DNA from: Octopus vulgaris
Taxonomy: Eukaryota
Direction of reading: 5' to 3'
DNA: 64,000 nucleotides
Assembly (NCBI GenBank): GCA_951406725.2
Contig: OX597840.1
Coordinates: 19,964,001-20,028,000 of the forward strand
The notes beneath the pieces were generated by a model. The model did not search any database and was not told where the DNA came from. It saw only the letters and a list, made by a program, of their open reading frames with translations. Below are positions 53,001-64,000 of this stretch, piece after piece (within the stretch, counting starts at the first letter, position 1; every line of letters begins with the position of its first letter). The translations under genes and the position numbers were made by a program.

Positions 53001-53501
53001 GCCTGGCAGTGCTATCGAGAAGCATTACCTGTTCGGGATAAGCTCTACAGACACGGTTCCAGACACACTGGACCGACTTGCCCGAGATGCGGTCAGAGCG
53101 ACGAAACCGTTCTGCACGCACTCGTGCAATGTCCAACCATTTCCGACCTGTGGGCTTATGCCGAACGGCTGCTGTCACGTGTGGGACGAATCCGCCTATC
53201 GGCCGAGTCTATCGTGAGAATTGCTCCGCCCCCTTCCCTCAACCGGGAAGGCAAGGCAGTTTTCATCGTACTGGTGGCCATGGTGAAAGAATGTGTGTGG
53301 TGGACTCGAGCGAAAGGATTAGAGACAAACACTTACCTCTCTGGCCAATCGCTCATCAACTTTTTCAAGTACCACTTGAAAAGGAAGGTGAGAATGGAGA
53401 GGGAAGTTTTGTCTCGCGAAAGATTCAAAAAAAAGATGGGTGAATGTTGCAAAGATGGTGCGTGCTAGTGCAACGAAACCATTTTGAGCATGATCCTGTA
53501 G
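50062..53501 (+). CDS. LINE ORF2: APE endonuclease + reverse transcriptase + C-terminal zinc finger; frameshift at the A6 run 50913-50918 and small indels near the C-terminus
   Basis: EN motifs SINVRGL, ISET, VYAP, GDWN, SYLDR, YTDH; linker PGYWKLN; RT motifs KSPGLDGLPYEFY, NFRPITLLNADLKILAK, LDQSKAFDRVDH, VRQGCPLS, AYADD; GGLGMP; CPRC-x7-H-x4-C finger. Confidence 0.93.
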
Positions 53502-53814
53502 ATCGTAAAAAAGAAAGAAAGAGAGCATTTTTGACCTCATGTGTTTATTTCCTCCCTTCTGACTGGGGTTCCCGTGGTCTTTTCTGTAGGCTTTTCTTCC
53601 CACGGATGAACCCAATCTTGTTATATCAATGTTTACACCATTATTTCTGTGATACACGATTTCCTTTTTTTTTCCTTTTTTCCTCCTCTCGATCCCTTTT
53701 GATCGCAATCTTTGCCATTGTCATTTTTTATTTTTTTCCACCCTCGAAAAGAAAAGCTCTGCATTTGTATTTGTCCCCTCTGTATTCAGCCCTGTGTGGC
53801 TAATAAAAAGAAAG

Positions 53815-53815
<1 letters not shown>

Positions 53816-53846
<31 letters not shown>

Positions 53847-53847
53847 G

Positions 53848-53926
<79 letters not shown>

Positions 53927-53949
53927 ATCTATCTATCTATGTCTATCTA

Positions 53950-53981
<32 letters not shown>

Positions 53982-54011
53982 TGTCTATCTATCTATCTAT
54001 CTATCTATCTA

Positions 54012-54070
<59 letters not shown>

Positions 54071-54087
54071 TTATCTATCTATCTATG

Positions 54088-54124
<37 letters not shown>

Positions 54125-54139
54125 ATCTATCTATCTATG

Positions 54140-54184
<45 letters not shown>

Positions 54185-54271
54185 GTCTATCTATCTATCT
54201 ATCTATATCTATCTATCCATCTATCTATCTCTATCTATCTATCTATCTATGTCTATCTATCTATCTATCTA

Positions 54272-54320
<49 letters not shown>

Positions 54321-54321
54321 G

Positions 54322-54370
<49 letters not shown>

Positions 54371-54483
54371 GTCTATCTATCTATCTATCTATATCTATCT
54401 ATCTATCTATCTATCTATATCTATCTATCTATGTCTATCTATCTATCTATCTATCTGTCTGTCTGTCTATCTATCTATCTATG

Positions 54484-54524
<41 letters not shown>

Positions 54525-54525
54525 G

Positions 54526-54558
<33 letters not shown>

Positions 54559-54637
54559 GTCTATCTATCTATCTATCTATATCTATCTATCCATCTATCT
54601 ATCTCTATCTATCTATGTCTATCTATCTATCTATCTA

Positions 54638-54673
<36 letters not shown>

Positions 54674-54675
54674 TG

Positions 54676-54737
<62 letters not shown>

Positions 54738-54755
54738 CATCCATCTGTCTGTTTG

Positions 54756-54800
<45 letters not shown>

Positions 54801-54825
54801 GTCTATCTATCTATCTATCTATCTA
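53816..54825. repeat. (TCTA)n array, right flank of the LINE
   Basis: Direct reading; same variant units as the left flank. Confidence 0.97.
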
Positions 54826-55559
54826 ACTACCTGTCAGTCTGTCTGTTATTTCTCTGTATGTATGTTTGTACATACACATATATTTACACATAGACACACA
54901 CACATAAACATATGTAAATATATAATATATACACGTGTGCGTATAAACATACTTACATATAGACAGACAGACAGACAGATAGTTAGATAAATAGATAGAT
55001 TGATAGACATACAGATAAAAAGATAGGTAGATGTATATATATATATGCATATATATAGCTACATACATATATATATGTGTGTGTATATACATATACATAC
55101 ATATATATATATATATATAAATTTACATATAAAAGAGAGTAAAAGAGTATATATATATATATATACACACACACGTGTGTATATAAGCATATATACACAC
55201 AGGTATTCGTACATGCGGAAACACTCCAGCGCGCACAGACACACATCCACTCACTCAGTCTCACACACACACATATATACACACACGCATTCATATGTAT
55301 ATATACATCTTTGTAAAGGAGTGTAGAGGAAAAAAGCAGATAGAGACAGAAAGACGAATCGGGTGCATCGACAAAAGAGATAAGAATCGTACCCTGGTTT
55401 AGCACTGATAAATTTAGCACAGTTTGCGAGGCGCACCTTGCCGTTCCCGCCTTAAAATGCCTCAGAAATACAAGGTCAAGGTGTAGGTTACAAGCAGGTG
55501 GTGATCCGGAACGAGACAACCCGAACGAAGGTGTTTGTATTCGTGTATCACGCTGCCTA

Positions 55560-56200
55560 CAGGTTGCGGCAGAAAAACCTACCATGTTTTACGCCATCGT
55601 AGGAGTGGTGCTACTGAAGTTAGAGAGATAGTAATGATAGTTTCGTTTAGCTAATGTTCTACCGTTTTTAGTTTCTGTAATTTTGGTTGCGATATTTAAC
55701 CAAGGTTTAGGTTAAACGCAAGTTCTGATCCATAATGAAAGTACCAGAAAGGAAATATTTACCATAGGCGAACCCTATATACAGTGGTGCTACTTAAGAT
55801 ACAAAGATAGTAATGATAGCTTTGTTTAGCTAATGTTCTGCCGTTTTTAGTTTCTGTAATTTTGGTTGCGATATTTAACCAAGGTTTAGGTTAAAAGCAA
55901 GTTGTGATAGGAAATATTTACCATAGGCGAACCCTATATACAGGTTGCGACAGAAAAACCTACCAAATTTTTGCGCCGTCGTAGGAGTTAGTTTCTGTAA
56001 TTTTGGTTGCGATATTAAACCAAGGTTTAGGTTAAAAGCTAGTTGTGATCCATAATGAAAGTACCAGAAAGGAAATATTTACCATAGGCGAACCCTATAT
56101 ACATATTTTACGCCGTCGTAGGTGCGGTGCTGGTAATAATGATATCGTGTACCTAGTTTTCTACCGTTTTTAGTTTCTATAATTTTTGTTTTGATATTTG
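55560..56200. repeat. Degenerate tandem array, four units of 100-225 bp with different internal deletions
   Basis: TTAGTTTCTGTAATTTTGGTTGCGATATT(T/A)AACCAAGGTTTAGGTTAAA and GGAAATATTTACCATAGGCGAACCCTATATACA are each repeated three times. Confidence 0.88.
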
Positions 56201-56945
56201 TATTCATAAGCTGTCAAACACTGTATATACATCGGGCGGCAAAAAAACGTCCCATATTTTGTATGATCGTAGTTGTTTTGATAATGGAGTGAGAAAGAAA
56301 TTAATGGTGGCTTCTTGTATCCACATTCCTACGGTTTTTTTTTTTTTCGTTTCAATAATAGTGCTTTTGACAGATATAAACTTTGCATTTAGTCGGGGCT
56401 TCGGTTACAAAAGGCATTAACTGTCAAACACTGTACATACAAGCTGCGGAAGACAAACCTCCCATATTTCACCTGAAGATAGAGAAATGGTACTAATGTT
56501 CTGCCGTTTCTAGATTCAGTTATCGTTACTATTTTTTGGCGGGCGAAAGACAAGGTATTTGCCGCGAAAGACAAGGTATTTACCGCCAAAGACACTTAAC
56601 TTTTATCTCTTCGTTGTTTCAGTAATTAGACTGCGGCCATGCTGGAGCACCGCCTTAAAGAATTATTCTGTTTCAAAGACTGCTGCTTATTCTATCGTCC
56701 AGTTTTGGTGAGGGTGGTGCTTGTTCATTGGTCATATGAATTCCAGGATTCGTTTAGTTTCACTTAATTAAATTTCGATTTAATCAGTTTCTAATTGGGG
56801 AACAGTAACATAGAAAACGAACTTTTTTCGAACAACGAAAGAAAGAAAGAAAGAAAGAAACAGAGAAACGAGACAGGCAACATAAAGAACATTCCCTTCA
56901 TCAGATGTCCCCTGTTTTATCTACTCCGCGTTACGAAGGTAGGGA

Positions 56946-57136
56946 CATACATACATACATACATACATACATACATACATACATACATACATACATACAT
57001 ACATACATACATACATACATACATACATACATACATACATACATACATACATACACACACATACATACATACATACATACATACATACATACACACACAT
57101 ACATACATACATACATGCATACACGCATACATACAT

Positions 57137-57167
<31 letters not shown>

Positions 57168-57203
57168 TACATACATACATACATACATACATACATACAT
57201 ACA

Positions 57204-57235
<32 letters not shown>
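56946..57235. repeat. (CATA)n microsatellite
   Basis: Direct reading. Confidence 0.95.
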
Positions 57236-57238
<3 letters not shown>

Positions 57239-57492
57239 TGTAGGGCAGGATTCATGACAGAAGAACTGTAGACAGGAACTTCGCTGCGGACTGGCTAGGA
57301 AGTTGGTCAGCAGCGAAAGGGACTTCCGGTCGGAGAAGAAAAACAAAAGAATGTCAACAGCGAGTGTTAAACGAATTTGAGTGACCAAAACAGAAATAAT
57401 TGACAATTTCAGTCCTGATGTACGTAAAGTAAGAAACCTTTGGTAAATATACTCTCGTCTTCACTAGTTTGTTGGCGTATAGCTTTCAATAG

Positions 57493-57614
<122 letters not shown>

Positions 57615-58293
57615 AAATTAGTTATAAATAAGTTGCTGAATTTCAAAGAATCTCATTGTGTGTGTGTATATAATATTAGAAAAATACGTAAACACACACA
57701 CACATACATGTGCACAGTCACACACATATACGCACACACGGAAATGCATTCCAAGAGAACAGTCTGCGAGTGTACTGAACACTCTCGTGTTACTGCAAAA
57801 GAAGAAAAATAAAAATTAAAAAAATGGCTGACGTAGCGAAACCGACAAAACAACAACCAAAGTACAGTCACGCGGTTTCTACCCTAAGAAAAACGAAAAG
57901 AAGGTCAACCGCCATTTTTTATTTTTTTTTTTGCCGGATTAAATAAACTCTCGGCAATAAAACGACCAAGGTATCAGTAACGAATCTCGGTGAAATTCCA
58001 GAAGAATTCACTGCCAAATGCATTATAAAACAGCCATAACCGTTCTGAGGGCGATTGCTGTATCGAGTTTCAAAATATCCCGAGAGATTTAATGTGTAGA
58101 CGGTTGAATTTATTGGTTTGATTTTATTAAACATTTATTTTATCTTGGGTATATATGAATTTAAATTTGATATTTTGGAGGATTGGGAACTATGTACTCT
58201 ATAATATGGCTGTAGATAAACTGGTTTTTAAAATATATACACACACATATACATACATACATACATACATACATACATACATACATACATACA

Positions 58294-58329
<36 letters not shown>

Positions 58330-58449
58330 TACATATTTGTATATTTACATGTATATGTACGTTTATATATACATACATATATGCATATACACATACATAC
58401 ATACATACTCGTACATACACATGCGTATGTATACTTATGCATATATATA

Positions 58450-58800
58450 CTCTTTTACTCTTTTACTCGTTTACTTGTTTCAGTCATTTGACTGAGGCCA
58501 TGCTGGAGCACCGCCTTTAGTCAAGCAAATCGACCCCAGAACTTGTTCTTTGTAAACCTAGTACTTATTCTATCAGTCTGTTTTGCCGAACCGCTAAGTT
58601 ACAGAGACGTAAACACACCACCATCGGTTGTCAAGCGATGTTGGGGGGGCCAAACACAGACACACAAACATATACACACACATACATAAATACGACGGGC
58701 TTCTTTCTGTTTCTGTCTACCAAATCTACTCATAAGGCTTTGGTCGTCCTGATAGCTATAGTAGGAGACATTTGCCGAAGGTGCCACGCAGTGGGAATGA
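58450..58800 (-). mobile_element. SINE family B
   Basis: Tail to core match. Confidence 0.82.
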
Positions 58801-59508
58801 ACACAGACATACATGTGTGTGTGTCAAATACATAGGGAAAATAAAACATCTGTACAGTTTTTAATAGTCATTTATACGGTATATATCTGCTCATCGGTAT
58901 CATGTACTCGCCCCACCTTCGAAAAGAATTCGAAATAGCCATCTAGAATTATATACAAAGAGTTTAAAGTCTATTTGCTGATGTGCACTATAGCCGCACA
59001 AGTAGAACAAAATTCAAAGTTTATGTTAGAAGCAGCTCAATATTGTAAACATTAACAAATATCACATATTTAGTGGATTTGTGTTTGTGAAACGTTACAA
59101 AAGCTGCAGTATTTCGTCTCAGAGATGTCGCTTTAAGACATATAAGTGTTAAAAAGAAACACGGTATACTTCAAAACTAAGCGAAACGAAACCACCCCGA
59201 AAATGAACGCGAACGATATATTGTCACGTTCCGCAGTTTTTACTGTCTGTCGTTATCGTGCACTCGAACTCACCTAGGAAACGAACTCGAAATAGTCTGG
59301 CAGAAGAATGCATATTTAGGCGCAGACACGGGTGTGTGATTACCAAATTCATTTTGTCACGTGTTGTTTCGAGTTCAGTTCCAGGGCGCGACACCCCGGG
59401 TTCGTGCCTTGTAGTATAACAACAGGCATGTGAATGGATTTTATATCTATATATATATATATAATTGATGACAAATTAAAAAATAAAACATATAAATACA
59501 TACATACA

Positions 59509-59541
<33 letters not shown>

Positions 59542-59673
59542 GTACGTACCTACATCTACATGTATATATACATGCATATATGGGTACAGGACACCAAAAT
59601 GAAAACGTCGAACACAATGAGAAACGAAAACATAAACACAAAACCAAGGAAATGGACAATTTTCTTAAACAAC

Positions 59674-59729
<56 letters not shown>

Positions 59730-59840
59730 ATATAATAATTAAATAAAATATATGCATACCAATACAATTGTGTGTTTGTACTCCACCTACCTTCGTCTTT
59801 TGTTTATTTTCGTTAAGCTTCCTGTTATATGCATATATAC

Positions 59841-59904
<64 letters not shown>

Positions 59905-59924
59905 CATCTACATGTATATATACA

Positions 59925-59980
<56 letters not shown>

Positions 59981-60209
59981 AGGACACCACAAATAAACGT
60001 AGAACACAACGAGAGACGAAAACATAAAATCAAACAAGGAAACGGACTTTTTTTAATATGCAGCACGAAGCTTTATCAGTGCAGAGGTCGCGGTCTCAAA
60101 GCGACGAAAATATTCGGACAAATTTAATTCATATTTAATTCATATGTTGAAGTGAAGGCTTTTGTGTGTTTCTTAAATGGCTTACAAACCCAAACACCTT
60201 CCACGCTGC

Positions 60210-60260
<51 letters not shown>

Positions 60261-60360
60261 GGAGTAAACACATAAATGTGAAACAAGGTGGAAAAAGAGT
60301 ACTCAAATACCAGTGGTAGAGTAATATGTTTTATTTAAAAGCAGCAGAAAATTCAACAAA

Positions 60361-60402
60361 ACCTGTTACTCTGAGTTTCACGTTTCCGTTCGTCGGACAG
60401 GT
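60361..60402 (-). ncRNA. Hammerhead ribozyme, same family as 7119-7156 (U4C variant)
   Basis: ACCTGT CCGACGA ACG gaaa CGT GAA ACTC-A-GAGT A^ ACAGGT. Confidence 0.65.
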
Positions 60403-60428
60403 TTTGTTGAATTTTCTGCTGCTTTTAA

Positions 60429-60616
<188 letters not shown>

Positions 60617-60884
60617 AATATTAGGGAATAAATCCAAATTTACAGGGAAAAAAATCAGATTTAGGATTAAATCCAATTTTATAGTAAAATATTATAAAAT
60701 ATTATTAGAGACAAAACCACTATTTTGCAAAACAAACAAGGAAATACTATAATCAATACATAAAATTTATATATAAATAGTCAAAAATATATATATTTTT
60801 ATACTATTTATTAAAATTTTATGTATTGATATAAGTCTTTCCTATATTTATTATATATATATATATATATTATGTCTCTATATA

Positions 60885-60915
<31 letters not shown>

Positions 60916-61286
60916 GGTCAACCTGATCGCTAGTAATAACAACCAACATCCTTTACAATCCCATGCTCACTACTAATTCTATTTAAGATGGTTCCTCTGG
61001 CTCAATGGAATTCCAACAGCAACGACACAACCACCTGTTTACTACAAGCAAGAACAACACCTGGGTCGGCAGTGACAGCGGTTGCCATAACAACGATGGA
61101 AAGTGCAACCGAACCAGCACGTGCAACTAAAGCACGAACAGAGAGGGAAAAAAATCGGGTCGGAAAAGCAGCGCAATTTCACATGGACACCATGTTTAAT
61201 ATATTCAAATACATTCATGTTATAGACACATACATACGTATACACATACATTCACACAGACATGCGTATACACACAAATATACACA

Positions 61287-61329
<43 letters not shown>

Positions 61330-61501
61330 ATTAAAAAAAGAATTTTTTATTTTATTTTAACTTTAAATTTAAATAATTTAAATTTTGAATTTTATATTTT
61401 ATATATTTTGTAAATTATATTAATTAATTTTATTTCTATGTTTTGGTTTATGTTTTTCACTGTTTGCCTAATAGTGGTTTTATCTCTAATTTATATATAT
61501 A

Positions 61502-61879
61502 CACTTGCGTCAGAAATTAATTAGCACTTCTCAAATTTCTACATTAAATAGGTTAAATCAATTAACCTTATGAGCTGTTCAAAACGTCTTACGCGATGAG
61601 AAAACTTAGTATGGTGTGATTTCGGTCCTTGCGAGGCGCTACCTATATCTATTAAACAAAGGAAGATTTGTCTGCATCCGCACTCCAATTTGTTGCACTG
61701 CTATGTCAACATCATAAGGCTGTAGACTCTCAAACTGCTCTGCAAACAAAGTTACGTCATCGTTCTGCGCAACAGTGAACTCGCAACAAAGCAATAGTTC
61801 GAGATATGGCCACTAGGTGACAGCACATACCTTGAGTGAAGAGCAAATCAAGGGTGCTAATTAATTTCTGACGCAAGTG
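61502..61879. mobile_element. Tc1/mariner-type MITE
   Basis: 26-bp perfect TIRs CACTTGCGTCAGAAATTAATTAGCAC and GTGCTAATTAATTTCTGACGCAAGTG, flanked by TA. Confidence 0.85.
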
Positions 61880-62447
61880 TATATATATATACATACATAC
61901 AATTGTCTGTATCTCTCTCTCTCTCTCTCCCTATATATATATATATATATAGAGAGAGAGCTTGAAGGTGTGTGCATATGTATATATTGATAGTGGTGTA
62001 TCTATATATAGTGATATATGTATATATACACATAGTAACACTCACACAGAACTGTATATACACATACAGACATACCTTCAAATATGTATGCATATACTTC
62101 TACGTAGACATACAAACACATATATACATACATATTCCTACATAGACAAATACATACACTCTCACGCACACTCCGACGCTCACGTACACATACACGCTCA
62201 CACACACACACAGTAGCACACACACACACAAACACGGTAGAACACACGCGCGTGCTCTCCCTTTTCTCTTTCTCTTTCTCTCTTACCCTCTCTCTCTGTC
62301 TCTCTCCCTCTCACAACACACACCGACGCTCACTCACGTTCCTTCTCTCTCTCTTTCTTTCTCACCCCCTCTCTCTCTCTCTCACGCGCACACACATACT
62401 CACGCTCCCCCTCTCTCTTTTTCTCTTTCTCTTTTTTTCTTACCCCC

Positions 62448-62481
<34 letters not shown>

Positions 62482-63049
62482 TTATATAAGTACAACCACA
62501 TTTATACGTACTCTGAATACAAATGACCCCATTTTGCCATGGTAACCAGACACACACTCTCTCTCTCTCTCTCTCCCTCCCCTTCTCATCCTCCCCTTCT
62601 CATCCTCCCTCCCTAACTCGCTCCTTGCCCCTCTCCCTCTCCCTCCCTAACTCGCTCCTTGCCTCTCTCCCTCTCCCTCCCTTTCAAATGTCTTTGATTT
62701 TGTTATATGGTCGAAGTGACGGAGCAAGTGTGAAACGGGAGAGAGAAAAGAGAGTAGTAGTGGGAGGTAAACTGACCGTCACAGTTGAGGTGGTGGAGGT
62801 GGCGGAGGTGTTATTCGATGATGGTGGTGGTTGCTATAGTGATGTTCATGGTGTTGGTGATGGCATTGACTCCGGGGAACGAAATTTGCTTAGGGATCCC
62901 AAACACCAGGTCCAAATTTTTTTTTGTACAAACGAGGCCTTATTTTTCCATTACCATTTTATGTTCCTTGTTCTTCCAGAAGAAACCTCCAAGCTGCTGT
63001 TTACGGATCTCATTTTAACAGGTGGTTCCAAAAAGTCCCCGGAATACTC

Positions 63050-63335
63050 TCTCTCTTTTACTCTTTTACTTGTTTCAGTCATTTTGACTGCGGCCATGCT
63101 GGAGCACCACCTTTAATCGAGCAACTCGACCCGGGACTTATTCTTTTGTAAGCCCAGTACCGATGCTGGTGTGTTTACGTCCCCGTCACTTAGCGGTTCG
63201 GCAAAAGAGACCGACAGAATAAGTACTGGGCTTACAAAAGAATAAGTCCCGGGGTCGAGTTGCTCGATTAAAGGCGGTGCTCCAGCATGGCCGCAGTCAA
63301 ATGACTGAAACAAGTAAAAGAGTAAAGAGAGAGAG
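63050..63335. repeat. Inverted pair of SINE B 3' ends (fold-back)
   Basis: 63050-63160 is the reverse complement of ~63222-63335, with a ~60 nt spacer. Confidence 0.88.
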
Positions 63336-63499
63336 TTAAAAGCAATGGCTGTTGGCCACCTCAACGTGGTCGTTCCATTGAGAACAATGCCACTACTCTC
63401 TTTAGCCCCAGGAGGACACTTGTTCCAGCTGGTTAACGACACAATATCTGTGTCCGTTATATTGCAAACAACTTCCTATCCAGCGGTGACGACCAGTAG

Positions 63500-63538
63500 A
63501 GCAGAACTGGTTTCAGGGTCTTACCCTTCCTCAGTACT
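63500..63538 (-). ncRNA. Hammerhead-like motif (degenerate relative at minus 23933-23972)
   Basis: AGTA CTGAGGA AGGGT aag ACCCT GAA ACCAGTT C^ TGCT; stem III is imperfect. Confidence 0.45.
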
Positions 63539-63603
63539 GGACACCTGTCTGCTAAACATGGCAGTCATCCGTCCCAGTTCGCAATATATAAATAAACAAG
63601 AAC

Positions 63604-63654
<51 letters not shown>

Positions 63655-64000
63655 AAATCTCCACCAAGGCAACAATTATTTGGCATGTTTAATAGTGCAA
63701 AGATCTATCTGGGACTGCTGTTGCAATAACTAACCCAATTAGCAGCGGAATGTAGTTCACATTTTCCAACAGCAACTATCAGTGAACCAGAGAATTGCAG
63801 GACAAAATAACTGATAATAATAATAAGAGCGTGTATTTTTTTACTTAATTTTTGAGAGAGGTCGAGTTCATTTTTAGTGTTCTCGTTTGTGAGAGCAGTC
63901 GAGTTTATTTCAGATTTTCTCATTTTAAAATACATCTCTGGCTAATCGTTGAGAGGACATTGGTGTTACCTTGGTGTCGTGTCTGTTTGTCCATGGACAA

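Larger units (their letters stand above)
47641..53815 (+). mobile_element. Full-length non-LTR retrotransposon, L1 clade (Tx1-like), inserted in a (TCTA)n array
   Basis: 5' UTR, ORF1 (CCHC), ORF2 (APE endonuclease, RT, C-terminal Zn finger) and a 3' UTR ending AATAAAAAGAAA; abrupt transition to (TCTA)n at both ends. Confidence 0.93.

Overview
Repeat-saturated, AT-rich eukaryotic intergenic or intronic DNA, most likely from an octopus or related coleoid cephalopod (inferred from the style of the SINEs and the microsatellite load; not verifiable here). Almost all ORF-track entries are microsatellite translation artefacts and no host protein-coding gene can be called with confidence. Well-supported content: an apparently intact tRNA-Gln(TTG) gene (24058-24129, minus); a full-length ~6.2 kb L1/Tx1-clade LINE (ORF1 with CCHC knuckle; ORF2 APE-EN/RT/Zn-finger) sitting inside a (TCTA)n array; a 3' fragment of a sister LINE; RTE/BovB-like 3' fragments; four or more tRNA-derived SINE families; MITEs and decayed hAT fragments; and a 3.5 kb (TATG)n array. 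Two hidden layers stand out. (1) About a dozen minimal type-I hammerhead-ribozyme motifs, from roughly eight sequence families, sit in short (TA)n-embedded Penelope-like terminal fragments; they include a natural C3G/G8C core-swapped variant and an A6U variant family, and are often next to fold-back inversions. (2) A Tx1-LINE/SINE partnership: SINE family A shares its 3' hairpin tail with the LINE, and its copies appear to insert repeatedly at one GGTA site inside older copies of the same SINE. All structures were folded by eye; repeat boundaries are approximate.
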